Positions 25,340 through 41,510 of a DNA stretch of 63,911 bases are shown here, one piece after another (the stretch's first letter is position 1; each line of letters opens with the position of its first letter). The translations under genes and the position numbers were made by a program. The DNA comes from Paraspadella gotoi (lineage: Eukaryota; Animalia; Chaetognatha), in the NCBI GenBank assembly GCA_051294375.1, contig CM119268.1:12250445-12314355 (forward strand), written 5' to 3'. The notes beneath the pieces are model-generated. The model saw nothing but the letters and a program-made list of their open reading frames with translations. It ran no database searches and was not told the origin of the DNA.

Positions 25340-28300
25340 TGAATAGAATCTGAATCCATCACACATCTAAAATTGCGTGGTCATAGATTCTCGGCTCATC
25401 TTTCCATCCTCGCCGCGCTACTGCTCTCGCGTCTCAGTCTTCTCTTCCCTCGCGCATTACCATGGGGTCGTGCCGTTCTTCCTCCTCTTTGCCGACCCCG
25501 GTACTGTTTCCACACTTTACGAATATCTTTTGTTTGATGCATAAAAAAGAGGCGAAAAAAAAAAATAACTTTAAGGAATAAGAATATGGTGTTCTCGCTA
25601 TCATCCTCCGGCGCGAAGTTTGTCTCAGAGAAGGACCTTATTCGTTGTTTGATTAATTCCCGCATTGGGTCTCGGGAACTAACAGTGTTCCATGCTCTCG
25701 GTCGCTCTCTCCCAATTGTTCTCTCTCTTCCGTCTCCTATTCCGCTCTGTCGTTCTCCGAGGCTCATCCTTCTCTCTCGTCTGGTCACTCTTCTCTTACG
25801 CCTTCTCTCTTCCTCGATCCGTCTCTTGCTCACACACTCTCTTTTTCTTTCGCACGAACACCTTTAGAGCCTACGCGTCCGCTCCCATCGATACTGTCTG
25901 TCACGCTGCGCTGAGGTCGGCAGCGGCATGTTGTTCTACTCCTACTCACGACGTGAACGCGGCTTGTAATATTCCTGTTTTTCTTATTTTTCCCTCTCAT
26001 TCTGCTTCTGAGCTTCTCTCTTTTTATAAAGTCCCCCACCTGGCTCCGCAAAGGAGAAACGACATAAGAATCGCAGGAGAAGAGAGGAGGAGCAGGCGGG
26101 AAGTAGCGAGAAGAAGAGAGAGAGAGGAAAGGAGAGAGATGAGAAAGAGGAGAAGAGAGAGAGGAATTCTCTTAAAGTGTATCCCTGCGCTACCTGAAGA
26201 CCTCGATATTCCAGCAAGTGAGTGCACCCTGCGAAGTTACTTCGTGCCCCATGAAAGGATTTACAATACAACCTCGCGCTCCCGGTTCTTTTTTATCAGC
26301 AGTGACCCCTTAATAGACGTACCGTGCACGTGCGCTGAGAACATAAGATCACCTGACTCGAAGCGCGTTTATAATCGAACAGAATGGTAATGTTTATACT
26401 CTAAGAGTGTAAATTCTGCCAAGTGAAGACACTACCTAGATATGAAGGATAAATGGAAATGATAGAGTGAAAATTACACCACGACCTAGTAGAGGACGAC
26501 AATCGCGTCGACCCTATAAGGAAGTCGACTCCTAAAGCGCGTATAGGGAGAGAGTTTCTTTGCCCCGACTTTACCTTTTTATACAGGTTGAGGTACGAGT
26601 ATATGGACAATTGGATCCAATCCGGCTTTACGAATGAAGAGGATAGTAGGACCGGACGTGTCACGAATCGGAACCTTACGTAATCTCTGTAAATTCTTAA
26701 ATTCGACTTACTTCATGGCCATTCTGAAATTTCAATTTATCATTTGTTGATGTATGTTAACGTCAGAAGAGCCAGAATTAAAAATGAAAATATTATTTTC
26801 CGGTCGAACCGGGGTTAGGGGGGTATCGGGTTCTCGATATGATTTTAGGGTAGGGTATACTAGTACTAGCATGTTTTCACAGATATATATATGTTTTTAC
26901 AAAGTATTCTCTTTTTTAAATAAGAACAATGTTCTAAACGCACTCGGACTTGCGCCCGTAAAGTAGCAAAGTTCTTTACTCCAAAAAATTCCTGTTGTAA
27001 AGAAGATAAGTTCACTCAAGTCTCTACAACTTATTCCCATCACCTGCCACTTCGACCTGCGACTGTCCATCAGCAGCAACCACCATAAAGAAAGTATGGC
27101 GTGGCGGCGGAGAGCCCCGTGCGAATGTGCGTGTTCCCCGACAATTAATTCTGATCGTGCCAGCATTTTTTTCCTCAACTTCAAGTACCAAGTTTGGGCT
27201 CAGGGGAAGTTATAGAGAGGCTAGATGTCTTGGTGTAAAAGAACATAACTATAGACGCATATGAGGGTGGAGATTAACAGGCAACCGATTCTAACAAATG
27301 TGGCTTTGAACAAAGATTTGTCTATCTAACCCCCGCAGAAATAGACGGTCCTACGGAATCGTACCATTGTGAGCGATTTCTATTCAGACTGTTTTAAACA
27401 GGGCCACGTTAGAGATTAGTTTTTTTGGTATAGGGAAAAGAAAAAAAAGTAATAAAGAACTATCAGATGTAAATAATGTAATCGATATAGTTCAATTCTT
27501 ACGGCTTACTCAATACTTCTTTATAATGGGACACGATGAGAGCGTACGAAGTCGCCCATCGGTGACGCCACTCGATTTCGAATAATAAAAAAAAACCAAT
27601 TGGGTAAAGTCCGTATCGGGAATGCCAAGATAAGAAAAATTAACGTAAATTCAATAAAGTTGAAGTAAAATAGGTAGTTAAACAAAGTGTGAGTCTGACT
27701 GTCCATGAGAATCGATGAGAATATTTAATTCAAACTCATAAATAAACATTAGGCTTTTTTTATTCTCTATCTTCTACCCACTATCATATTTACATTAAGC
27801 GTGTTTATTTGCCGGATGTGAAAAAAAACAGATCTTCCGAGTGGGTCGCCGGGATTAGTCATCGATAGACGACGCTATCACCGCCACACATTTTCGTACG
27901 ATTCACACTTTTGCCCATTGGCCCCGCAAGTTTGCGTTGCCAGTGCTGCTTTGGCTTCGCCGGTTTCGTTTAGAAACATTAATCACTAGCAGTTCTAAGT
28001 GATCGGCTGACAAAATCGTGAACTATCTGTTTTCATCGTTTAGGCTCCCTCAGCGCAAAAGAAACGCGTACTGAATGGATTGATTTTTTTCCGAGAAATC
28101 TGAGACGCCCTGGAGATAACCCCTGTGAGCGTAAGCACCCCGAGCGGAACGAATAACAGGGTGGATGTTTCTCAAAATCTCACACAAATGTTGCTTGAGG
28201 CCATACGCAATCGCAGAAAGAACACTGTGTTTTCACAACTATTCCTTTGGTCCTACTTTTTTTCTTTTAACTACAATATGCCTGCAAGAATCCTTCTCTT

Positions 28301-31300
28301 GATATTCTTTTCTTCTTCCATCTTACTTTCCGGATATTTTCTTCTCTATTGACTTTTTTCCGTACGTTCTTCTTTTTCTTCTCCTAATATCTACCATTCT
28401 CTTCTTCATCTCCTTCTTCTCTTCCTGCGTCTCTCTCTCACTGCCCTCAACATGAGTTTCCCTGAGATTTGTTATAACCGTAGATGCTTATGCTATCCTG
28501 ATGTCAAAAGACACGAGAGAGCGGGCGCACTTCATGGAAACTTGGAAGTTATCCTCGGGATGGATTTGATGGGAGAGGAGAGAGAGAGGAGTCAATAGAG
28601 AGAGTCGACTTTCCGGAGTCCTACAGCCCACGGCAGGCAAGAGCATACTTGTGGATACAGGCGCCCTTTTGGGGGCCCATCTTTGGAAATGGGGATGAAT
28701 ACATGGTCATGGAAAGCGGAGGGCACACAGAACAACAGGTTCGAGGGATAGCAAAAACACATGATAAGAGACTAGCATGAGGATCTCTATGTATATTCAG
28801 ACACAAAAGTGTTGGGGTTATCATATAGATACCAATTACTGATATAAAAAACAAAAAGTAAATAACAAAAAAAAAAGATATTTCGTCTCCCTCAAAGGAA
28901 CCCATCTGAGATTGTGAAGTTAATGAACAGAGGCGCGACACCAAATCGGGGAAAGATAAACTGGAAGGACAAATACGAGAATGTTGATGTTGCCCTCACA
29001 CTATCAATTCATTCCATGCTAATAAAAGGATTCGAGAATGAGTACCTTCGTAATGAGATCTCAGATAAAAATCGATAATCTAGAGTTATTATGAGTCGAT
29101 AGTCGAAGACCAATTACGGGGAATTAAAATTTTATGTTTTTGGTCTTAAAACGTAGGGCGCCCGAAGCGGATACAATACAAGCCGATAACGAACTCTAAA
29201 ACGATTAATAAAATAAAAACTCGTACGGACTAAACAATAACCATACGGTTTAATAAGTTGGCGGGCCGAATTTTCCTCCCGTCTTTTCATAACTGAACAA
29301 CTTACATGTTTGTGTTCTCCTTTGGTTTTTCATATTTTGGGCGCTGAGGGAGGTTCGAGGGCCAGAATCATAGCTTTACTTCGAGTTTTTCTGTATTTTT
29401 CGTCTGATGTTTTTCGTGTTTCTTGCCCGTTCTCTTTCTCGGTCTCTTTCTCGCTCTTCTTTCCTCATCACCTCGGCTCTCCTTTCATCTCTTTCTCTTC
29501 AGTTCACAAGTTGTAATACGCTGTACGGGTTTAAGTGTTAAGTCTGTGTTTCTAGTCACACAACAATTAGACAGGAAAGAATAGGAAAATCAGCTTTTGG
29601 CTGCGAGGACATTAGTGTGGATGATGGGCGACACATGGTGGCAAAAGACAGGTCGAAAGGAACACCGTCGCAAGCCCCGGCGGATACTCAGGCTCTCACT
29701 GTCGTATGCACGAGCCGGCATGAAGAACGACGGACAGGGAAGCGCAGACGCAGCGAGCTGCGAGGCACAAGGGACAAGTACGCGAGACAGGAAGGAGATG
29801 ACGGTGGACTTTAAAAATACAAAAGCTCTTACGATTAATTTGCGGATGGGCGATTCGGATCTTTTGGGCTTTCGGGTCATTGACGGTATGCGAGAAAGTA
29901 AAGAGAGAGAGAGAAAAGGAGAAAAGAGAAGATGCAAAGATGAGTAGAAGGAAACATAAGCCAAGATGAAGAGAAAACTGTGACCCGCGTTTCGTCTGCG
30001 CACACAAGATAGGGAAGGAGTCAGCGGAGGATCAAACCTCCCATAACGCTCGCCGTCCTTCGTGGCGTGGCAATAAAAACAACCATGTAAGAGTACATAT
30101 TACCAAAAAAAAACGCTAATTCTAAGCGAAAGAAACAAAAAGACCGGGGGAGGGAGAGGGGAGAGAGAGGAGGGGAGTACGAGAGAGGAGAGGTCAGTCG
30201 GCGGGGATTTAGATTTTTGTAAAGGAGAGTGCACGGAGAGAGAGAGATTAGTCTGCAATCGTCCTGAGATCGAGAAGCGGCGAGCCGGCAAGCGAAGAAG
30301 TAGAGAAGAGGAGAAGGGGGAGACCGTTAAAATAAAAAAAAGTAACATGAATAAGGGATTAAAGAGAAGTAAGAAGACGGGGCCGGGTGGGAGGTCCTGT
30401 TTTGTGTGAGGTATTAATCTCGGTTGCGTGCTCCAATGTTTTTTAAAGTTCGGGCGGCTAAACGGGTTCACATACTCAGCTTAAGAGGTTCAACCAATAC
30501 GAAACACGGAGAGCTATTGGATGTCTGTCTATTTGATTCAAAGATGATAATGAAGAAAACGGCCCCGGAGCCATGTTTCTTTAATTGCTCGAAGCGGGAT
30601 TCCTCGAATTATTCGAGTAGATGATTATAATACTCTTTTGCGGTATCGTCTGAAGGGACTTCGAGACTACGTGGAAGACTTCCATTCTATTGAATCTATT
30701 ATTTTATATCTATTTATCTATATATAACTATTTACTCCATTAATTTCTTTTCTCTTTTCTTTCTATTCTTTTTCTTTTTCTTCTGTTTTTCTTTTTCCTG
30801 TTTCCTTTTTCGCTCTCTATTCCTATATTCCTTTCTTTTCCTTTCCTTTCCTTTACTTTCACTTTGCGATGGCCACTTCTTCTTTTCTTCTTTTGTTCTT
30901 AACTTAATACTCTTGGTTCTCCATTCTGCGGTTTTCCTTTTCCTTTTTCTCATATTTATTTATCTCTTACAATAATAACACAAAAACAGGATCTGCTAAA
31001 CTTGCTTCTGGCACTTACTCTACTCACATCTACAGCACATTTTATTTATCGAGAATATACATTTTTTCGGTGGCGGGTTTTGAAGTCCTTGCTGTAACCA
31101 GGAAATAATGTCGAATCAACGTTCACAAGGGAAAGAAAAATAGGGACAGATTGTGCGTATTGCCACTTTGATTGAATGCCACAACTATGAAAGAAGAGGG
31201 GAGAAGTTAAAGTCAAGAACCATATTAAATTATTACCAACATAATACCCCTATCGAAATTGGTAACTACCATATATCAAATTTATCACACGGTGATTCAT

Positions 31301-32700
31301 GATAATAAATATATTTATCGGAAATTTATAGAAGTTGTATCATCTATTAATAAATTATAATATTTTGTAGACCTTTGTTCATATATTAAATTTCAGTATG
31401 TAGGTGTGCAGTTTAACCTATTTTTCTGGTATGTATATCTTCGGGTTATGTTTTTATATATTATTCTTGCAATATTAATCTTAATATACCAATTAGTTCT
31501 TTGACTATCATGAAACGATTAAAACCAATTTATCATTTCTTAAACTTATAAGCATCAGCCGTGTAAACCCCAACAATTCTAAGGATTCCGTTTTGAGAGA
31601 GCTACAATCAACTTTATAGAATTTGAAGTTCTCAAATCTGTATTTTACCGAGAACGCAATTTCATGGAAATGTGGTTCTGATGGAGAAATGATTTAAACG
31701 AATGTCATTTGTTTCTTGTCCTGCGCGCGAGCGAGGGAAGACCTGCGACGAGGACCGAGAGAGAGAGAAGAGTTCGCCAATAAATCTATACTTATTCTTA
31801 ACAAATGACAAGTTTCATCTACAGTTCGAATGTATCCTAAACGCCCAAATTATAGATATAAAATTGAAAAGCGGAGAGAAGCATGAGATGAGGATGTAGT
31901 GAAGTAGCAGGCAAGAGAGGATGCGGATGAGTATTGTAGATGGTGAGGAGAGAGATGGATGCAAGGCAGCGAGAGAGAGAGGAAGCGGGGTTGATGGTTA
32001 TGGAAAAGTAATTTTCCCAGGTCCTTGATTTAATTATAGAGTAATTTTTAGAGGCTTGATGTTGTTCGTATTTATTTTTTTCCCCGGTTGTGCTGCAATG
32101 AATTGTCAGAAAGGCGGGTGAGACGCTCAGGGGGGGAAGGGAGAGGAGCAAGGTGGAAAAACAGTTTTTCAAATCGGCACATATGTAGATGGAGAGAGAT
32201 AAGAGCGCGAAGGTTCTTAAGTTTGAAAATTATGGGACCGAGAATATAATTTGGGGGGCCTGTGAGCAAAAATGGGGATCTGGATAGACTTTTCCTTTTT
32301 TTTTTTTCTTTTTTGAGAGGACTAAAGTTTGTCAAAGCGTGAGATTCACCAGATGACGCATCGAGATGAGCGTAGTTTATTGAATTGAGGATGACAAAAA
32401 AAGAGAATTGGCATATATGCAGAGCAAGCAGATGATAAAGAATTAGTATAAGAGAGCCCTAGCAGAGAGCTAACGATTTATGAGCCAAATGTGAGCTGCC
32501 GGGGCAGCCAAACACAAGCAGATATTTGAATTAAAGCGAAACGAAAAGGGACGGGGAAAAAAAGAAGGTTTTAGTATCAGAGTACTCAGAGAAGATAAAA
32601 GAGATAAAAGAACCAGACTCAAAATATATTAACGGGGCACACAGGGGAACGAAGCTAGCCACGAAGGGACGCACGCAGAAAGTTCCTGTCAGGAAATAGA
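25340..32700 (-). repeat. Highly degraded, length-expanded inverted copy of about 14660-17080
   Basis: Reverse-colinear anchors: 30435-30452/15353-15369, 29816-29857/15545-15586 (42/42), 27943-27960/16287-16304 (17/18), about 26200-26350/44-bp minisatellite, 25341-25358/17061-17078 (18/18). Confidence 0.75.
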
Positions 32701-33718
32701 AAAATGCCGTGAAGTAATTCATATATAAACGGTGCTGAGTCTGAGCCGATTTCAAGTGTCATTTACAGTTGATACGTATAACTCTGCTTTATTTCGCAGC
32801 GGGTCGTCGTCATCGTCACATCATCGTCATCATCGTCGTGCACAATAATCGTGACGTCATCATCAATCGGGTTGCTAAGACACGTTATTTCGTAAGATGA
32901 ATAACACAGAATAAAAAAGGGGCAAGGACACTATAATATGTAGGATTTTAGTCGAGAAAGCAAAAAAACAAATTGATAAGATAAGTGAAGAAGAAGTGTG
33001 GCCTGGGATATAAAAAAAAAAGTAGAGAAGAAAGCAAGGAAAGAAAAAAATCGACGGAATGAGAAAAAAAAATTGACGGAAGAACGAGGAAAATAGAGAG
33101 GACAAGGTGGATAAGAATGTGACTGCAGGTGGGCGAAAGGAAAAGGAAAAAGAAAATAGAAAAGAAAGAGGAAGTCGCCTACCCGTTTTCCTTTCGCCAA
33201 CGAATGTCCTATCTCGGCTAATTTTTTGTTTTCTCCTCGTCTTTCGATTCTCATTCCGTCGCCACTTTTGGTTTCGTATTCTCACGTCGTGGTCGTTGTT
33301 TGTCTGTTATTGTGCTGTTATCGTCGTGATGGGGTTGTGGTGTTCTGTTTGGCGCCTTTTTAAGGCGTTTTCCAAGGATGGTGGCAAGATTGCGCCTTTT
33401 TGCTTGGTGAGTAATTTAATGGTAATTGCCCAACAGCCGACAATCGTCGACTAGGTCGCGTAATGTCATCGTGATCTTCAACGAATTCACTGACATAACA
33501 TTATTCAGAGACATTTCCATTCGCTGCCCCCTTCGTCGATATCACCGATCTATCACCGATGTCTTCCTTCGCATCATCACTACATACTGTGCTCGTCGTC
33601 GTCGCTCGCGGGCGGCATTCGGCAGGCAATGCGACAAACCAATTAAGGAAATGGAAACTGGGCAGAGAGAAGGCAAAACAAATGCGAGAGAACAGAGACA
33701 GAGATGGTGGGGGAGGCG

Positions 33719-33766
<48 letters not shown>

Positions 33767-34200
33767 GCAGAGGAGAGAGAGAGAGAAGAGAGAGATTCGA
33801 GAAATAGACAAGATAAACAGGGATGGTCCAGCTCTAAGGCGACTAACTTCAAGTGCTTACAGGCACAAAAAAGCCTTTATGATAAGCAATTTTTGAAAAC
33901 TCATTAAATTAATCTTTTTGATCGTATCAAAAAAAAAGTCTAGAAGCGGGGCCGGACAGCAACTACTTGGTAGTGAAGCTTTTGCATAGGACATTCGAAT
34001 TCTTTTGCGGGCCGCTCTCTTACAGAATTATTTTAAGAAATTTTAACAAATCAAGAGATTTGTGGACTTTTGACTTTTGGGCTTGCGCGCTTTTTTCTTT
34101 TTACTGCATCCCACTGGATTTTATGAAAAATTAGGATGGAGAAGCAGAATGTCCCAAATCAACATACTCGTTTCTTAGAACTGTCACGATTCAACTGAAA
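32700..34200 (-). repeat. Indel-rich inverted copy of about 13240-14660
   Basis: For example ggtgctgagtctgagccgatttcaagt (32731) vs acttgaaatcggctcagactcagcacc (about 14604). Includes the MITE right TIR (about 33818-33850) and the candidate exon. Confidence 0.95.
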
Positions 34201-34809
34201 GACTTTGATAAAAGTAATTTTCATATTTGTACGTAATACTTCTTCTTTAATAAATTAATTTATTTTTCTAACTGTGAAACTGAAAATGTTATGATAAAAT
34301 ATGTTTCGCTTCGGTCCCCAATTTTCCCCGAGAGAGAAAAAAATGAGAAACAAGTGAACGTTGACGACGACGACGAGGACGACAACGACGACGACGACGA
34401 TTCCATCACGAGGACCAATCAATGNNNNNNNNNNNNNNNNNNNNNNNNNNNNNNNNNNNNNNNNNNNNNNNNNNNNNNNNNNNNNNNNNNNNNNNNNNNN
34501 NNNNNNNNNNNNNNNNNNNNNNNNNNNNNNNNNNNNNNNNNNNNNNNNNNNNNNNNNNNNNNNNNNNNNNNNNNNNNNNNNNNNNNNNNNNNNNNNNNNN
34601 NNNNNNNNNNNNNNNNNNNNGAAGTAGTTGAGGGGAAGAGAAAGAGAGGATTTCATCCAATTTCGATTATAATTCGCATTTGCATCTTTCTGTTTTGTTT
34701 CCTTTTTTTCTTTTTTTAATTTTATTCTTTCTGTTTTGTTTACGTTCTTTTTTTTGGACTTTCCTTCTTTCTGTTTTCTTTACTTTCTTTTTTTCTTTTT
34801 TGACTTTCC

Positions 34810-36666
<1,857 letters not shown>

Positions 36667-37329
36667 TGTAGTAGAGCGATCTTTCTCTCACAGGATGGTT
36701 CTTCCCTAAAGTTCGCCTGCCCAATCACCCTTTCCTGTTCTGACCATGATTAACGCTGCTGTAAAGAGCATGGAGCAGAACTTGATTAACATATGAATAT
36801 TATGTCAGTTTGGATGCGCAGGCGATAAAACCATCATAATTCATATTAAGAGCATAATCTATATATATAAACAGAATATCTCTGACGAAATTGGTACATA
36901 CCATATAAAATTATCGATTCATTAATAAATAAGTCATCTTTCCCCTGAATTTGGACAGGCTTTGGTGGGTTAAATTCTCCATCACTCTACAAGAATAAAT
37001 GACATAGCAGGTCCCTGCAGCTTTCAATCAGACTCTCTCACAGTCTCGTTATTAAGTGGTATAATATTTTAAAGAATATTTTAATTGTATAATAAAAACT
37101 TTTTTGGAACTTAGAATTCATGGTAACTTTTTTTTTAAAAGTTAAAATTGAAAAAACCTCAGTCTGATGAGGAAGATTAATTTCTTCTTTGAGCACGGAA
37201 TTCAATCTTCCTCCTTTACTATCTCCTCCTTTGCTCTTTTCTTTTTCTTCGCTCTCTCCCCTACTTTCTCTTTGCACTTTCTCTGCTTGCCTTTTCTTCG
37301 CTCTTTGGCTCTCTGCCCGTTTCACTGGC

Positions 37330-37745
37330 CATTTTACCGTGCTCTTATTAACTCATCTTGGCTCACTCCCTCTCGCTCACTCCTACTGTCGCTTTATCTC
37401 TCACTAAATCTTTGCTCTTTTCTCCTATGCTGTCTCTGTCTCACTTCCTCATCGCTTCTCTCCTTCTTCGCTTTATCTCTCACTATATCTTGCTCTTTTC
37501 TCTTATGCGACTTCTCTCTCACTCCCTCATTGCTCTCTCCATCTTCGCTTCATCTCTCACTTTGTCTTTGCTCTTTCCTCGTACGCCGTCTCTCTCTCAG
37601 CTCTCACTTTGCTCCACATAATTGTTCTCTTCCCCTTTGGCTCTCTTCTTCTTCGCTTCATCTCTCCAACTTTTTTGTCTTTGCCTCTTTTCCTCGTACG
37701 CCGTCCTCTCTCTCGCTCTAACTTTGCTCTCTCCCTCATTGCTCT
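37330..37745 (+). repeat. Degenerate pyrimidine-rich tandem repeat (duplicate at about 46500-46730)
   Basis: tcgctt(t/c)atctctcact..(a/g)tctttgctcttt recurs about 4 times. Confidence 0.7.
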
Positions 37746-40700
37746 CCCCCTTTGCTCTCTCCGTCGCGTCGAAGGCGAGAGGAAGGCGACGTCACCTCGC
37801 GACGGCGCGTGCGGAAGATGAATGGAAGAGGTTGCAAAGAAACAGCGGGGGTGACGAAGAGTGTTGGGGGAGGTGGTGAGTGGGTTGGGGGAAAGGAGGG
37901 AGAGAAGGGGTGGAGTTGCGACGGAGAGGTTTGACTTTTGGAGGGTTGTGGAAGGGGTGGAGAGGCGATGGAGGGGACGGTGGTTTGGGTAAAAGAAAGT
38001 ACCCGGAAATGAAGAAAAATGGGCTGAAAGAGAAATTAGTGAGAAGGAACTTTTGGATTGTCGTTGAGTAAAGGTGTTTTTTTTTGTTTTTTTTAGGAAA
38101 ACCAGTAAATGCGAAACAAAACTGAACGAGCTGTTGCCGTTGTCGCGGAGATGAGTTCGCTGAGCCAAAGATTAAATCGGCGCTCGCAGTTTTGGATTAA
38201 AACGGAAAGCCGCGATATTCCGTCCATCGGCTTTTCCTAACTCTCGCTTTTCACTCGCAATTTATGGTGAAAAAGTTCGAATTTTCATGAGGAAGAAAAA
38301 AAAAATTCAAATCATTTATTTTTCTCTCTCGACGAAAGCAACTTAATTTTTCGACGCGCATCAATTGCTCAATGGAAAATTTTCAAAAAGCTTCCCCCCC
38401 CGTTTCTTAACTCCTTTTTTTCCCTTCTCTTTCTCTCCTCCTTTTTAATTTGGCATGCCCTTTCGTTTGCTAAATGCGATCTTTCTTTCTCCCTGTGAGA
38501 AAAGAATGTTGCTTTTTCCAAAACAAATTCCACATAAGGATTAAATACCCGGTGAAAAAAAAAGGAGAGAGAGAGAGAGAGATAAAAGGGTGAAGGAAGA
38601 GAGGGAGTCAGAGAGAAAGAAAAAAAAAGATAGAGATAGAGCGCGAGATTCATTTTCATTCACTCACATGCAGCTGTTAGCTGCGAGGTCTTTGTTACAA
38701 AAGAACTAATGGGATAGATTTTTTTTCTTCTCATTTTTTTTCAATTTTTTTTTTTTCATCAGATTTTTTGAAGAAGAAAGAAACGAGACAACTAACGAGT
38801 CGTAGCGAATTCTTCATTTTTCTTTTTTTCCTTTTTTTTTTCCTTTTTCGTACAAATTCTTCATTTTTTCTTTTTTCCCTTTTTTTCATTTTTTTTGTAC
38901 AAATTCTTCATTTTTTCCTTTTCCTCTTTTTCCTTTTTTTTGGTAGTGAATTCTTCATTTTTCTTTTTTCCTTTTTCCTTTTTTCGTACGAATTCTTCAT
39001 TTTTTTTCTCCTTTTTTTTCTTTTTTTTTCGTTAACGAATTTTCATTTTCTTTTTTCCATTTTTTTCGTTTTCGTTTCGTTTTTTTGACACCGTCAAAGT
39101 TTCTCGGTCTCCCTGCGCTATTTCGTCTGCTGTTATAGTTTTTCTTTTTTTTCTTTACGTTTCCTGCTTTTTTGATTTTTTTTTTTTTTTAGTCGACTGC
39201 GACAAAACGGGGGTTTTTATTGGTGAAATGGTTTTGGGTTCCTTTCGACAATAGATGGCGTCTTGCGTCTCATTCCGCTTTCCATTTTGTTATCGGAAAA
39301 GAGTTTTATTTCTACAGTAGCCAATTTATTTTTTTTTTATGAGGTGGACCACTGTTTTAAATGTTCTTTAGTTTTTCAATATAGAAGATATTGATTTCAA
39401 GCGGTTTTTTGAAGGTCCATAATCTTAATTGCAGAGGAAGATTAAAAGCGAAAGTTGGGGTCAAAAACAGATCGACCGGCCAAGGATGAATTGGATAAAA
39501 TACGGCTGGTTCGGATTTAAAATAAGGATTGAGTGAACTCAATAATTGAGGTCATGCGTGGGCCCAGTACGCTAAAAAATGAAAAAAGCTGCACTGTGTT
39601 ATATATTATTCTTTTTCTCGATAGACATATTCTCATGATGAAAATTCTTAAGACATATTTATAAAAAATATCCCATAAAGTGAACAGTGTAATAGATAAT
39701 TTAAACGTTGCCGCTTCCTCGATTTTCAAGAAAATGATCTATAATTTCAGTCAGTTTTAAGTTCCTTATTCCTTCATAAGGACGAACGGACTCCTTGTGG
39801 CCGACCGACCTTGAACACCACTACCACTTACCCTCTTCCACAATCCCCAACGAATCCAAGACGGCGATTCGGATTTAGGCCCTCCTCACTTCACCTCAAT
39901 TCATAAAAAATGTGTTAATGCCCTTGAATTGAAACATAAGACAGACTCTCGAGGGGAAAAAGGGGCCCAACGGGATGGGGGGTAAGATAAATGAAAAGAA
40001 GGGGGGAGAGAGGGAGGGTGGGGGGAGGGTGGGGGGCAAAGAAAAGATGAGACGTTGGAAGATTGCTGGCGGAATGGTTTCCATTCGGAGTCGGAAGGAA
40101 TAGAAGTGGAATGGCGGGAAACGGTTGCAGGAAAAGATTCTAACGAGGAAATTGTGGTTTGTGGAATGAAGTGGAAAAGGAGATAACGAATTTAGAATAA
40201 GAGGCTCAATAATTTTGAGAAAATGGTTTTAGAAATGGTCAAAAAATATAGTTTGGAGGGAAATTACAAGTGGAAAATTGTTCGGCAAATATGGATCTAG
40301 AAAAAGTTGAGTAAAAAAATTTGTTTAAAATAAAATAAATTACGAATCAGTTAATCAGAAAAAAAAATAAATAAAATAAAATCAGTTGAAAAAAAAATAA
40401 AAATAAATTTTGTTTGCAACCAAAAAAAAAGAAAAATTAGGAAAAAATGAAGAAAGAGGAAAGTTAAAAGGCGGAAGAAATGATTGGGAGTAACAAAAAT
40501 GATTTGGGAAAGACTTTGCGAGGAACAGAGATGATGAGAGAATCGATGATGGAAAACTTTTCTTCAGCGAAGAACTCGTATTTAAGGTACGAAAGTTCAC
40601 AGAATGGCGGAAGGGTTGAAAGATCGATTTTGAAAGTTACGGGAGGAAGAGAAGAGAATCGTGTGAGTGCAAGTAAAGAAGTCGAGGCTTCGTTCAATCG

Positions 40701-41510
40701 CAAATAATTCCCCGCTTCGTGATTCGCGAAACGTAAACATTTTTTTTCGCATTTGTTTCGCTCAACAAATCTCCTAGTAAATCCCGAAATTTTTTTTTCG
40801 AGAGTTTTCGATGGCAAAAATACGTGCGCGCGTAAATTCTCTTCAAAATATACTCTCCTTTTAATTTGTTTGTTGTAGCTTTAAGTGGCGTCGTTGGAGG
40901 CTGTTATCCTGGAAATAGCAGAAGTTTGCACGTATCGAGGTTCTAAAGAGTGACGGACGAACAGAGGCAGACAGGCAGACCGACTGAACTGACTGGTAAG
41001 ACGGATAGACAGATCGAAAGACCAAAAACGTTTCTCGTTTGGTCACAAGTTCGAATCAAAAAAAAAAAAAAAAGAGAGCAAAGGCAACCGACGAGTCAGT
41101 CAACCGAACAAGTAAGTAAAGTCAAGAAAACAGCGAAAGCGAAAAAAAAAGGTTCAGCCATGTATTTTTAAAGTGAATCGGAACAGCCCCAACCCAGTTT
41201 TCCTCTTTTTTCTTCTTCTTTTTTTTGCGGTGAGTGCATACAGTCTAGACTATTTTTGCTGTGTGGCTTCTGTATATTTTATCTGTATAGTTTTACAGAT
41301 TTCCTCGGCTCGTATAAGAATGATTACTTTAAAGGAATTATATTAAGAGTCAGTTTCGACTTCATTTCGAAAATATTACTTATACATACAATATTAAGAT
41401 CAAATAGAATCAAAATTCGAAATAGTAGATTCACAAACATTTTTAAAATAAAAAACATAATTTATTTTCAATTTTCGCATACGCCATATTTAATACATAG
41501 TATCTCACTA

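Noticed and set aside
15545-29857. 42-bp perfect inverted repeat (15545-15586 / 29816-29857) as TIRs of a 14-kb transposon or a long-range RNA pairing
   Set aside because: It is one of several reverse-colinear anchors of the degraded inverted copy, with homology continuing on both sides. No TSD or transposase.
19199-32700. Complex-looking ORFs (e.g. 19722..20165, 25692..26390, 29597..29947) as novel genes
   Set aside because: They lie in sequence that appears to be noisy raw-read fill and have no recognisable motifs.
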